DNA of 32,000 bases from positions 1 through 32,000 of the forward strand of contig NC_010628.1 of assembly GCF_000020025.1 (NCBI RefSeq), written 5' to 3'. Position 1 is the first letter of the stretch, and each line of letters begins with the position of its first letter. The notes under the pieces were generated by a model. The model was not told where the DNA came from and made no database searches. It worked only from the letters and a program-made list of their open reading frames with translations. Source of the DNA: Nostoc punctiforme PCC 73102. GTDB taxonomy: Bacteria > Cyanobacteriota > Cyanobacteriia > Cyanobacteriales > Nostocaceae. Positions 16,727-26,197 of the stretch are shown piece by piece. Both the position numbers and the translations under genes were made by a program.

Positions 16727-18238
16727 CTAATTCTTTGTATCCCACATATCTTTGGAAATTGGATGTATTTCACGCACTACTTTCCATAAACGATGTCTTG
16801 CTCGGTAGGTATACCAAATGAAAATGACTAAAGTCTGCCAACTCACTAATATAAAAATATTTTGAGTCCCTAGTGCAATAGCGATAACTAGAAATACAAA
16901 TACAAAGGCACGAAGTATTTCATTGGGTAATTCTTTTAACCACTCACTTTTGCTATAACGATGAACAAAATAGGGTATCCAGCGACTAATCACTTGTGAT
17001 GCAAATAACATTGACCCGATGATATTGGTTTTTGTCACTACCAGAAAGCCAAAGCACTTGTAAGCTTGCAATACCAAGTGAAGCCAACTTCGTGTCTGCT
17101 TATCAATATAGTTGTAAATAAAGAAAGTCACGCGTACAACCAGGAGTAGACCTATCCAGGATGCCATGTCAATTAAAGCTGTTTTTAGATCGATGGCACT
17201 AACTTTGGCAACTAAACTCACATTACTTGAAACAATTTTAGTCAATTCCAAAATAAGTATTCCAGGAACAGCGAAAGCCAAAGCCCAAACCCAAGGCTGC
17301 CATGTATTGACTCGGTTCTTATAGCGTTGGTAAGTTTCTGATAAAGTTGGTTTTTTCTCAAACTTTTCAGCAACTATGTCATTTTCTATATAACCTAGTT
17401 CATAGATGCACCAGAAAGAGAGTAGTAAAAAAAACATACTAATGCTATGAATAATCGGTTGATTATTCACCCAACTTAAACCTAGTAGTAAGATCGTAAA
17501 ATCATCGTATAATATCTTTGTGAGAAAATATCGCACACCTGGTCGCTTCGCCCGCTCTAGATACAAAAACGGAATATAAGTATTAGCCATCGCTGAAACA
17601 TACTTGGCTTCTGGCCAAATAACTAAGCATGGAGTCGCTACAGATGCAAGTAATGGGTTATCGTCGGTTGAGTCAGTGATTGCGATCGCACGGGAAACTT
17701 CATCCTCACCCAAAATTTCTTTCACCAAAGAGTATTTTCCTTTTTGTCGATCTATACCTCCCTGCCAAAACCGACAAGTTATGACAGCATTAAAAGTTAC
17801 GGGTAGGTGTTTGCACAGCGAACGAGCAATAAAACCAAACCCGTGGGTGGCAACAATTACACGCGAATTTTTTTTCTTTGTGAGTGCGTCGATCAGAATA
17901 GTGTTTCCATAGGCTTGAGCTAAATGTTTAGCTCGCCATTGCCACAAAATTACAGTCCAGGGGAAAAACAGTGTTACTACTAAAACCCTTATCCAATCTC
18001 TTGATACCTCTCCTTTTATTTTTCCTGGCAACCAATTCCACGGTTTGAGAAGATTCAACAAGGTAAGTAATAACCACCCAAGTATGCGGGGTCTTAATGT
18101 GTCGAGATACTCTTGTGTTGAATTTCGGAGAAAAATAGTTTCATCTAAATCTACTAGGATTGGCACACTATCTGATGCCGTTTCAATGATGTTTACCACT
18201 TCGGACACAGAAGTCTCATAATTTAGTGTATTCATCAA
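16727..18238 (-). CDS. HAD-like domain fused to a polytopic membrane domain (hypothetical)
   Basis: 503-aa ORF. The N-terminus has HAD motif I-like VDLDETIF and a later ITDSTDDNPLL. The C-terminal half has multiple hydrophobic helices, with YELGYIENDIVAEKFE and YNYIDKQTR faintly resembling degenerate UbiA-type Asp-rich motifs. Confidence 0.75.
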   Translation of the reverse strand: MMNTLNYETSVSEVVNIIETASDSVPILVDLDETIFLRNSTQEYLDTLRPRILGWLLLTLLNLLKPWNWLPGKIKGEVSRDWIRVLVVTLFFPWTVILWQWRAKHLAQAYGNTILIDALTKKKNSRVIVATHGFGFIARSLCKHLPVTFNAVITCRFWQGGIDRQKGKYSLVKEILGEDEVSRAIAITDSTDDNPLLASVATPCLVIWPEAKYVSAMANTYIPFLYLERAKRPGVRYFLTKILYDDFTILLLGLSWVNNQPIIHSISMFFLLLSFWCIYELGYIENDIVAEKFEKKPTLSETYQRYKNRVNTWQPWVWALAFAVPGILILELTKIVSSNVSLVAKVSAIDLKTALIDMASWIGLLLVVRVTFFIYNYIDKQTRSWLHLVLQAYKCFGFLVVTKTNIIGSMLFASQVISRWIPYFVHRYSKSEWLKELPNEILRAFVFVFLVIAIALGTQNIFILVSWQTLVIFIWYTYRARHRLWKVVREIHPISKDMWDTKN

Positions 18239-18583
18239 TTAGAACTCTAATAGTTGAGAGATGTAATAATTATGCCATAGTTAGGGATAATTTTATCACT
18301 AACTTCAGTTCAGATTAAAGACTCAAATTTGATTATTTTGACGAAATAATTAGGCTTTCACGCTGTCAAGATTAACGACATAATCAAGGTTTAAGCTTAT
18401 CTAAAACTCAGGTTAACTATATGTTTTATCTCTTTTACCTAAGAAAAAAGAAACAATTTATAAAATATAATCTTAATACACCGTATATTGCGAGAAGTTT
18501 TATTTCCTAGTTACAAGCTCCATTTCAAGAGTGGGTGGGCAGTTGACGGTGTATTCATCCTGACCGATCGATTTTCCAAGAAA

Positions 18584-20419
18584 TTAACACTGTTTAGCTG
18601 TCGATGGACTCACAAAATCATGTAAATTTTCATCCCAAATACTAATGTAAATAAAATTACATTCTTGGCGGATAATCTGGCCCTTGACTGAGCCATTCTT
18701 AAAACTAAAATTATCTGACTGACCCTGTTGTACCTGTTTAAGCCCCTGCTTAATTTCTTCAGTGGCTTGCCCATCTAACAATCCATTCAAGGTAGCTTCC
18801 ATTAGTTGCGGATCTACCGATTGGGCAAAAGATACCTCAGTTTGACGCAGCACTTTAGAATTACGATCGAATAAGTAACCAAGATCAATTTTGTTTGGCA
18901 CTAGTTTGTAAACAACAGCACGCGTCTTACCCCATGCGCCTCTTAAATCTTGATTTGGTTTGCCGAGGGTAGCTTCTACAGCGCTTCTAGATGTGCCTGT
19001 AGGAAATGCGGGAACGCTTTGGCTGCTGGTAGTCACAGCTACTTTACTAGGCGAGCGATCGTTCTTCTGTGGTGTAAAAGGTGCTTCTGGTGTGGGAACT
19101 GCAATATTCTCTGGTTCTGGCTGTGGTGTAGAAGGAACTTCTGGCGCTGGAGTATCTGAAGCTACAGGCTCTTTTTCTGGCTGTGGTATGGATACAACTG
19201 GGGGATTAAAGGTTGGTAAAGGATTGAGAATTACTCGCTTTCGTGGTGGTGAGACCGGTATAACTGGGACTGGAGTAGTTTGGGAAGAAACGGGAGATTT
19301 GGTAGATGCGGGAGTAGGCAAAGATTCTAGCGATGGGGTGCGACTAGTGACAATGGTTGTTTCTGGTTGTTGCTGACGAATGATGTTAGGAATCACTACT
19401 GCACCAATCAAGCCGCCTACCAGCAAACTACCAATAATTACAGCAGATTTTTGCCAGTTTCCAGGAGTGGAAGTCCCTGAAATCACAGTTGGTTTTTGTG
19501 GGGAATATAATGGCTGGGTTTGTCGAGTCGATGTCGCAGGAGGATAAAAATTAACTGTGGGAGTATTTGCAGCTAACTCAGGAGGGATATTACTAGCAGA
19601 CTGCAAAGCGTGTAACATTTTACTAGCAGTGCTGTAGCGATCGCCAGCATGAGGCTTAATTGCCTGATTGAGTACCCCCGCCAATTGAGAAGAGACGTTA
19701 GGGGCGTGTTGCTGCCAAAGTATTTCCCCAGTTTTAAGATCGGTTTGCAATTCTTGCGGGTGTTTGCCAGTTAGCAGATAAATTGCCGTTAAACCTAAGC
19801 TGTAGATATCAGTGGCGTAAACTGGGCGGCCAACGGCTTGTTCGCTAGGCATATATCCAGGTGTACCAATAACGAGCGATCGCGTGGGGTATCCTGAAGA
19901 GTTGACGACAGAACGGATTGTTTCTTTGACTGCACCAAAATCAATCAAAACTGGCTTGTTATCAACAAAACGGAGAATAATGTTCTCAGGTTTAATATCC
20001 CGGTGAATAATGCCTTTGCTGTGGACATAATTTAACACCGAAAGCAAACTCAAGAGAATTTGCCGAACAGCAGTTTCACTCTCAAATCCTTTAGCTTCGA
20101 CAATTTGCGTCAGAGTTTGGCCGTGAATCCATTCTTGGACAAGGTAAAATTGCCCGTTCTCAGAAAAGTAGGCGTAGAGTTTAGGAATTTGGTTACTACT
20201 TTCACCCAAATATTCCAAGGTTGCGGCTTCCCGTTCAAACCTTTGTTGGATCAGTTGGTAATTTTGCGGGTCATTATTAGTTATCGGTTTGAGTTGTTTA
20301 ATCACACAACGACGGCGAGAAGGCATGTGAACATCTTCTGCCAGAAAGGTTTCGCCAAAACCCCCAGCACCGATTACCTGGATAACTTGATAGCGATTGT
20401 TTAGCAGGGTTATTGTCAT
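18584..20419 (-). CDS. Hanks-type serine/threonine protein kinase with TM helix, Pro-rich linker and C-terminal unknown domain
   Basis: Kinase motifs are IGAGGFGETFLA, VIKQLKP, HRDIKPENI, DFG and GTPGYMPSEQ. A hydrophobic segment SAVIIGSLLVGGLIGAVVIP is followed by a P/T/S-rich stretch and a domain of about 140 aa. Confidence 0.95.
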   Translation of the reverse strand: MTITLLNNRYQVIQVIGAGGFGETFLAEDVHMPSRRRCVIKQLKPITNNDPQNYQLIQQRFEREAATLEYLGESSNQIPKLYAYFSENGQFYLVQEWIHGQTLTQIVEAKGFESETAVRQILLSLLSVLNYVHSKGIIHRDIKPENIILRFVDNKPVLIDFGAVKETIRSVVNSSGYPTRSLVIGTPGYMPSEQAVGRPVYATDIYSLGLTAIYLLTGKHPQELQTDLKTGEILWQQHAPNVSSQLAGVLNQAIKPHAGDRYSTASKMLHALQSASNIPPELAANTPTVNFYPPATSTRQTQPLYSPQKPTVISGTSTPGNWQKSAVIIGSLLVGGLIGAVVIPNIIRQQQPETTIVTSRTPSLESLPTPASTKSPVSSQTTPVPVIPVSPPRKRVILNPLPTFNPPVVSIPQPEKEPVASDTPAPEVPSTPQPEPENIAVPTPEAPFTPQKNDRSPSKVAVTTSSQSVPAFPTGTSRSAVEATLGKPNQDLRGAWGKTRAVVYKLVPNKIDLGYLFDRNSKVLRQTEVSFAQSVDPQLMEATLNGLLDGQATEEIKQGLKQVQQGQSDNFSFKNGSVKGQIIRQECNFIYISIWDENLHDFVSPSTAKQC

Positions 20420-20534
20420 GAAAAATTATAAGCGTAGACACCCAGCGCGGAGCCGGAGACTTCCTATGTTCTCCAGGCTTGTCTCAGACATCGCCCTTTC
20501 CAAATGTACATCAGATAAGTAAAGCGAGGGCGAA

Positions 20535-20799
20535 TAGATATCTGGTCAAAAGAGGCAGGGGGCATACTTCTCTGCGAGAGGCTGCGCCCTAAGCGTAGCT
20601 ATGCCGCAGGCTTTACGACTGCGCTCAGTACAAGGGGGGCAGGGGGAAAGACTGAGACGGGGCTTTTACTTTGCCCCAGTTCAAGCGTCCTGGAAGAACG
20701 GGGCTTCTTTATCGGGTTTTGGGAAAAGGTTAAAGGGGAAGGGTAAAGGCTTTTCTTTGCCTTTACCCCTTCGCCTTATTCTTTTTTACCAGATATCTA
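20535..20799. mobile_element. MITE-like ~265-bp GC-rich element bounded by ~18-bp inverted repeats
   Basis: tagatatctggtcaaaag (20535..20552) matches the reverse complement of cttttttaccagatatcta (20781..20799). The first 12 nt are identical, followed by one mismatch and one indel. The interior contains a GGGGAAGGGTAAAGGC hairpin (20735..20772). Confidence 0.45.
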
Positions 20800-20990
20800 A
20801 TGCAAGCCGGCGCATTAACAATGCAGGGTATTGCCAAATTTCATTTGCGATGGATGAATCGGTGCTGCTGATTAAATATATGGATCTTGGTATAAAGACG
20901 TTACAATGCAACTTCTTTATAAGGGTTTTGGAATCACGCAAAATCATTTTCATACCTGAATTCAGCAACGCCAATGAATCAAATGCTGCA

Positions 20991-22043
20991 CTAGTTAAAC
21001 TCTATAGTCTCAACAAACTCTAAAATACTCTCCTTGATATCTTCAGCTTCTTCTTCAAGGGAATCGGGAGTTTCGCCGTCAAGAAAGCTGTGCTGACTAC
21101 TAACTATATACAAAAATTCACCACTGATAAAGGTGAGCAGACCCCGATATGCATCTAATCTGATTGCAGTTCCATTATTTTCTTGCTTAGAAATTGTCGA
21201 ACCTTTGGGCATATCAATTAACACATAATAAGCGCCTCGCAAAGTATTTTCCAGATATTCGGTGTACTCCACAGAAGCATCTGGTACATTGGCAAAAATC
21301 GCTTGGGGTACATACTTATCTACTAAAATTGTTTGTAAATATTCTTCTTGTCCAACAGACTCCAGTTCCTCTAACTGTTCTAGAGGGAAAGGATAATAAT
21401 CGATTCTCAACAAAGTACCGATATCATCAGAAAAGCCAACTACTCCTTCCTGGCTTTGAATTCTACCGCCCTGCTGGGGATCAACCGGAATTGGCACGGT
21501 AAAATTACCTAAAGGGGATTGATATGTCTGTTCGCTGAAATCTTCTATGACTACTGTCTCATCATCGTCGTCATCTGCATATTCTTCCTCTTCTGCTTCT
21601 TTAAAGGCTGCAATTACCTCCTTAATAATTTCCTCTGCTTCTTCATCTTCCAGGTCTAAGGCTGCTTGTAGCTTTTTGAGGTAGGCTTGTTTTGGTTTGG
21701 CGATCGCAAGTTCATCGTCTAAAAGCACTATTACCCCAGCTGCAAAACCATCCAGCACTAATTCTTCTGAGAGAGATACTTTGGCAGCATTAAACAGGGG
21801 CCCAATTCCTTCCTCTTCTGCAATGGCTAGGAGTCTATCAACTATTTCGGCGATTTCATCTTCTGAGTATTCCTCGAAAACCTCAAATTCCCAGAGGATA
21901 CCCGCTAAACTTTCTGCATCTACATCTTCAATCATTGAATCAGCGATCGCAGTGACAGTTGCGATTGCTGCCACCGCTTCCTCTGGACTTAGTGATTCCT
22001 CTGATGTCTTTGGTGAGTTAAAAACCTTGTCATACTTAGTCAT
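20991..22043 (-). CDS. highly acidic hypothetical protein
   Basis: 350-aa ORF. The E/D-rich N-terminal half (EEAEEIIKEVIAAFKEAEEEEYADDDDDE) is helical and possibly TerB-like. The C-terminal half is beta-rich. I recognise no catalytic motif. Confidence 0.75.
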   Translation of the reverse strand: MTKYDKVFNSPKTSEESLSPEEAVAAIATVTAIADSMIEDVDAESLAGILWEFEVFEEYSEDEIAEIVDRLLAIAEEEGIGPLFNAAKVSLSEELVLDGFAAGVIVLLDDELAIAKPKQAYLKKLQAALDLEDEEAEEIIKEVIAAFKEAEEEEYADDDDDETVVIEDFSEQTYQSPLGNFTVPIPVDPQQGGRIQSQEGVVGFSDDIGTLLRIDYYPFPLEQLEELESVGQEEYLQTILVDKYVPQAIFANVPDASVEYTEYLENTLRGAYYVLIDMPKGSTISKQENNGTAIRLDAYRGLLTFISGEFLYIVSSQHSFLDGETPDSLEEEAEDIKESILEFVETIEFN

Positions 22044-22524
22044 AATTGCTACCTAAATTAATTCTTCAATAGTAAAAACAGATTGAAAGTGACAATGGTC
22101 AGTTTACCAATGGAGCGAATCTTCTAGAGAAAAAGTTGCCTAATAGGTGGTTTACTCAGTATTGCTCAGGTGTCACCAAATCTTGTTGACAGCTAATCTC
22201 CAAGAAGTTGAGATGTTCTAAAATCTGTTGTCGAATATACACTTAAACACGAGTTAGGCTCAATTTTTACCGCAGGTCAGCTTAATTAAATATTGTAAAT
22301 TTTTGTTATTAAGTAATTATCGTTAATAAATGCTATATGTTCCTTTATTTTTATCCTCTAGCAGATGAATTATATCTACCGATAGAATTATAAACTAGCT
22401 AGCGATAGATACCTATACCGTGAGCAGGATGTCACAATACCGATGTCTGTAGCGACACACAACACCCAGGGCGTTTGTACTGTTAGTTCTACAAATGCAA
22501 ATTACATAAAATTTTGAGTTTTTT

Positions 22525-24453
22525 ATGGTAAAAACCCCTCCATCTCAGTTTTCCCCAGATCAATACAAAGTTGATTCTGCACAAGAAAAAGTAAACGCTA
22601 TTATAGAAACGCCACCATCAGAAACTGAGATTGACCTAGAGTTTCTTTACACCAGAGATATTGAATTTCGTCAGGAAACTATTTACTTTCTGGTGGTAGA
22701 TCGCTTTTATGATGGCGATCCAGATAACAGCGAAGGTGAAAATTCAGAACTCTACGATCCCAATAGACAAGAATGGGGTAAGTACTGGGGTGGTGACTTG
22801 CAAGGTGTCATCGATAAATTAGATTATCTCAAAAATATGGGAGTTACCGCCCTTTGGCTAACTCCACTATTCGAGCAAGTAGAAGAGTTATTTATTAGCA
22901 ATGCGGCGATGCATGGCTATTGGACAAAAGACTTTAAACGGATTAATCCTCGCTACATTGCTGATGGAGAAAACCCTTCTTTAAATGCTACCCAAGAAGA
23001 AAAAAATACGACCTTTGATCGGTTAGTTACAGAACTGCACAAGCGGAATATGAAGTTGGTGCTGGATATTGTCTGCAACCATAGCAGTCCTGATACTAGT
23101 GGTAGTAAAGGTGAATTGTATGATGATGGCGTTAAAATTGCTGATTTCAATGATGATGTCAATCATTGGTATCACCACTATGGCGAAGTGCAAAACTGGG
23201 AAGACGATTGGCAAGTACAGAATTGTGAACTAGCAGGTCTTGCAACCTTCAATGAAAATAATACAGAATATCGGCAGTATATTAAGTCAGCAATTAAACA
23301 ATGGCTAGACCGGGGTGTGGATGCACTGCGGGTTGATACTGTCAAGCACATGCCGATTTGGTTTTGGCAAGAATTCACTGGCGAGATGACCAATCACAAA
23401 CCAGATGTATTTATTTTTGGTGAATGGATTTATAGTAATCCGAGTGACGATCGCTCGGTGGAATTTGCCAATCATTCAGGCATGACACTTCTAGACTTTG
23501 GGCTATGTGTGGCAATTCGAGCCGCATTGGGCCAAGGTTCAGAAATGGGATTCCAAACAATTCAATACATTTTTGACCAGGATTATCGCTATAGCGGGGC
23601 AACAGAGTTAGTTACCTTCATCGATAACCATGATATGTGCCGCTTCCAATCGCTGAATCCAGATCCAGCGATGTTGAAGGTTGCGATCGCCCTAATTATG
23701 ACATCTCGCGGTATTCCCTGTATATATTACGGCACAGAACAGTATTTACATAACGATACTGATGGCGGTAATGACCCATATAATCGCCCGATGATGGAAA
23801 ATTGGGATACTGATAGTGAGGTTTATCGTTGTATTAGATTGCTGTCTGGTTTACGGCGGCTAAATCCTGCTGTGTCAATGGGTAGCCATTGGCAGAAATA
23901 CTTGACCGCCGATATCTACTGTTATGTCCGCCGCTATCGTGATTCTCTGTGTTTTGTAGCTTTAAACCGGGGAGGGGAAGTTATTCTCCCAGAAGTAGAA
24001 ACAGAATTGCCCGATGGCGAGCATACTTGCGTAGTGACTCGCAATAAGTATGAAGTAAAAGACGGCAAGATTTATAACCTTGTATTAGAAGAACGGGGAG
24101 TGCTTGTTTTCAGCCACGTTGGGGAACGGATCAAAGCACAGACAATTGTGCGCGTTCAACTCAATGGTGTGGATACCCAACCCGGTGAAATCATTGTGGT
24201 GACAGGAGATTGCCCAGAGTTGGGTAACTGGGATATCAGCAAAGCATATCCTTTGGAGTATATCAACTCAAATACTTGGTCTGCTGAGATTCCCTTTGAT
24301 GAAAGCACTGGTAAGCTAATTGCTTATAAATATGCCATGTGGCGCGAAGGGCGATCGCCTCTGCGGGAAAATTTGGTCAATCGTCGCTGGGTGATTGCCA
24401 AAGAAGGTACCGTTAAATGGCGCGATACTTGGGCATCGGGAAGAGAATCGTAG
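22525..24453 (+). CDS. GH13 alpha-amylase family enzyme with C-terminal CBM20 starch-binding domain
   Basis: The four GH13 conserved regions are present: LDIVCNHSS, GVDALRVDTVKHM, FIFGEW and FIDNHD. The C-terminal CBM20-like region reads VRVQLNGVDTQPGEIIVVTGDCPELGNWD..YKYAMW. Confidence 0.93.
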   Translation: MVKTPPSQFSPDQYKVDSAQEKVNAIIETPPSETEIDLEFLYTRDIEFRQETIYFLVVDRFYDGDPDNSEGENSELYDPNRQEWGKYWGGDLQGVIDKLDYLKNMGVTALWLTPLFEQVEELFISNAAMHGYWTKDFKRINPRYIADGENPSLNATQEEKNTTFDRLVTELHKRNMKLVLDIVCNHSSPDTSGSKGELYDDGVKIADFNDDVNHWYHHYGEVQNWEDDWQVQNCELAGLATFNENNTEYRQYIKSAIKQWLDRGVDALRVDTVKHMPIWFWQEFTGEMTNHKPDVFIFGEWIYSNPSDDRSVEFANHSGMTLLDFGLCVAIRAALGQGSEMGFQTIQYIFDQDYRYSGATELVTFIDNHDMCRFQSLNPDPAMLKVAIALIMTSRGIPCIYYGTEQYLHNDTDGGNDPYNRPMMENWDTDSEVYRCIRLLSGLRRLNPAVSMGSHWQKYLTADIYCYVRRYRDSLCFVALNRGGEVILPEVETELPDGEHTCVVTRNKYEVKDGKIYNLVLEERGVLVFSHVGERIKAQTIVRVQLNGVDTQPGEIIVVTGDCPELGNWDISKAYPLEYINSNTWSAEIPFDESTGKLIAYKYAMWREGRSPLRENLVNRRWVIAKEGTVKWRDTWASGRES

Positions 24454-24471
24454 AAATTTCAAATCAACAAT

Positions 24472-24516
24472 GAAGTGTAAAGGAGCAAAATTTTGATTCT
24501 TTACACTTCATTATTT
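24472..24516 (+). terminator. rho-independent terminator of the amylase gene
   Basis: A perfect 11-bp stem is formed by gaagtgtaaag (24472..24482) and ctttacacttc (24499..24509), with a 16-nt loop. The T-rich attatttgtg follows. It begins 18 nt after the stop. Confidence 0.7.
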
Positions 24517-24627
24517 GTGAATTAATAGCGCTTCTTGAGCTTTATGGTTTCGTCTTTGGCTTTCTCAGAGAGTAGCCATAATCCGGTTTGGATAAGGATT
24601 CTTTACTTACCTTGTAGTTTCAGAAAA

Positions 24628-24668
24628 GGGGAAGGGGTAAAGTTTGAATTACCCTTTACCCCTTCCCC
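24628..24668. repeat. perfect 15-bp-stem hairpin of the GGGGAAGGGGTAAAG repeat family
   Basis: ggggaaggggtaaag (24628..24642) and ctttaccccttcccc (24654..24668) are exact reverse complements with an 11-nt loop. A related imperfect hairpin lies at 20735..20772. Confidence 0.65.
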
Positions 24669-24959
24669 TTTCCCCCTTAACCAAACCGTATTGAGAGTAG
24701 CCGCTATAAATTTATGTATGCAATGCTCTAATTTCTAAATGCTTTTTCAATATATTTTAGTTTGCAGTGATCTAGATCACACCATTTTATGAGTAAGAAT
24801 AGATAGTATCAAGCACATAAACACCTTAAAACTGTCAAAGGCAGGAGCTAAAAAGCTCTACCTCTTACAGGTTAAAAGAATAGATGATACCTGTATAAGT
24901 ACTAAAATCACCAGTTTTTAATTCTTACCAAGTCATCTAAAAAAATGAGAACAAGGTAA

Positions 24960-25703
24960 ATGGTGATGTTTGAACTCTTGCTAAAAAATCAATTAAGCGC
25001 TCCCAAAAAAGTAAAATTTAAAAATGAGATTTTGGCACGAGTTCAAGAACAAAAGTCAGGAACTTCAAATGACGAAATAAAATTTTATAAAACTGAATTA
25101 CTTCCCTATTTTATAAAATTGAGCCAACACAATCCTGTTTTCAGTGTTACGGAACAATTACGCCTTTTGGTAGGTGTTTGGACACCAATATGGTCTACCA
25201 TATCATTTCATGAAAGTTTACCGAGAAGAATACAAGAACAGTCGTTTCAAATTTTCCAGCATGATGGTTACTGTGCCAGTGTTGCTCGCTATATAATGGG
25301 GAAAGAGCCATATTTATCCCAGAGTTTTCACTCAAGATTACCCGCTTATGATTTCATGGTAATCCAAAAATATGGAGTTCAAAATGGTAAATGGTATCTT
25401 CAAAATATTGATAGATTTCAGGCTTTTAAAAATAGAGAAATTCCTCTAAATTTAGAATCAGTCTGCACCTGGTTTACTGATGTGCTTAACACTAAAGTCA
25501 AACGGAATGCGTCAAAATTGGCTTTATCGAAAGCTCTCGAATTAGAAAATATAGAGATAAATCATACAAATTATTTAAGAAAAACATCCTTAGCACCTTC
25601 TCAAGTGTTTCAGCATTTATATATAGATAATGACTGGCGACTTGTAAAAACGCAAACAGATGCCTCACATCTACCTAGTTACACAATTTCTGTGAAGAGG
25701 TAA
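24960..25703 (+). CDS. hypothetical protein, weakly PAP/fibrillin-like
   Basis: 247-aa ORF in AT-rich DNA. The segment KNEILARV..LSQHNPVFSVTEQLRLLVGVWTPIWST resembles the fibrillin pattern (..LE..NP.p.p...LL.G.W.LLYTT). The assignment is weak and from memory. Confidence 0.5.
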   Translation: MVMFELLLKNQLSAPKKVKFKNEILARVQEQKSGTSNDEIKFYKTELLPYFIKLSQHNPVFSVTEQLRLLVGVWTPIWSTISFHESLPRRIQEQSFQIFQHDGYCASVARYIMGKEPYLSQSFHSRLPAYDFMVIQKYGVQNGKWYLQNIDRFQAFKNREIPLNLESVCTWFTDVLNTKVKRNASKLALSKALELENIEINHTNYLRKTSLAPSQVFQHLYIDNDWRLVKTQTDASHLPSYTISVKR

Positions 25704-25800
25704 TAAGAGCTTATTTATAAAGTAAAAATAAAATTACCGTAGTGGTATCGCAAGGCTAAAATAGTGTAATAGCTAAAAAGTCTAATTTATTACTCACCGG

Positions 25801-25884
25801 GCGACTAAAAGTCGCGGCTACACAGACAAAACCCACCTTCGTGGGTTAAAAACATTGATTTTCTCTTAGTCCACGGAGGTGGAC
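25801..25884. repeat. cluster of three short perfect hairpins (Nostoc-type intergenic repeat)
   Basis: The three hairpins are gcgac-taaaa-gtcgc (25801..25815), aacccac-cttc-gtgggtt (25830..25847) and gtccac-ggag-gtggac (25869..25884). Confidence 0.55.
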
Positions 25885-25969
25885 AACTCTTAGAAAGGCA
25901 CTCGCGTTCGTTTGTGTAGTAGCAAACTCTATTGCCTAAAACTTTTCAAACAACCTCTAAAGACTCTAG

Positions 25970-26141
25970 GACTAGCCCTTTCAAGGTAACTCGTAAAATC
26001 TCTTATTTTTTCTCAGCGAGCTCTGTGCCTCTGCGGTTTAAAAGTATTTTTTCTAACCACGGAGGCGCAGAGGACACAGAGTATAGAGCTTAAAGAGAAA
26101 TCTATTTACCAAAATTTTTACGCACCTTGAAAGGGCTAGTC
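25970..26141. mobile_element. 172-bp nested palindromic (MITE-like) element upstream of the methyltransferase
   Basis: The outer 18-bp inverted repeat is perfect: gactagccctttcaaggt (25970..25987) and accttgaaagggctagtc (26124..26141). The inner repeat ctctgtgcctctgcg (26021..26035) with cgcagaggacacagag (26066..26081) has one bulge. Confidence 0.55.
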
Positions 26142-26197
26142 TTAGGCTCGTAATAGGAATTTAGTGCCAAAATATTTATAAATAGCCTCTAAGCAAT

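Noticed and set aside
18950-19376. Plus-strand ORFs 18950..19159 and 18960..19376 inside the kinase gene
   Set aside because: They are antisense to the Pro/Thr/Ser-rich linker of the kinase. Their G/V/S-rich products are typical complements of proline-rich coding DNA.
20601-21023. 140-aa ORF (+) and 62-aa ORF (20786..20974, -) in the kinase upstream spacer
   Set aside because: They run through the GC-rich MITE-like element and hairpin repeats and overlap the end of the acidic-protein gene. The composition is R/G/K-rich with no motifs.
21194-22056. Plus-strand ORFs 21194..21502 and 21697..22056
   Set aside because: They are antisense to the 350-aa acidic-protein ORF. The S-rich product mirrors E/D-rich codons on the other strand.
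22185-22213. TTGACA-N17-TGAGAT promoter about 330 nt upstream of the amylase gene
   Set aside because: The -35 is perfect, but the -10 matches TATAAT at only 3/6 and the distance to the start codon is long. This is too weak to annotate without transcript data.
24535-24738. 67-aa ORF downstream of the amylase
   Set aside because: It spans the perfect 15-bp-stem palindrome. The peptide (..GEGVKFELPFTPSPFP..) is just the two hairpin arms translated.
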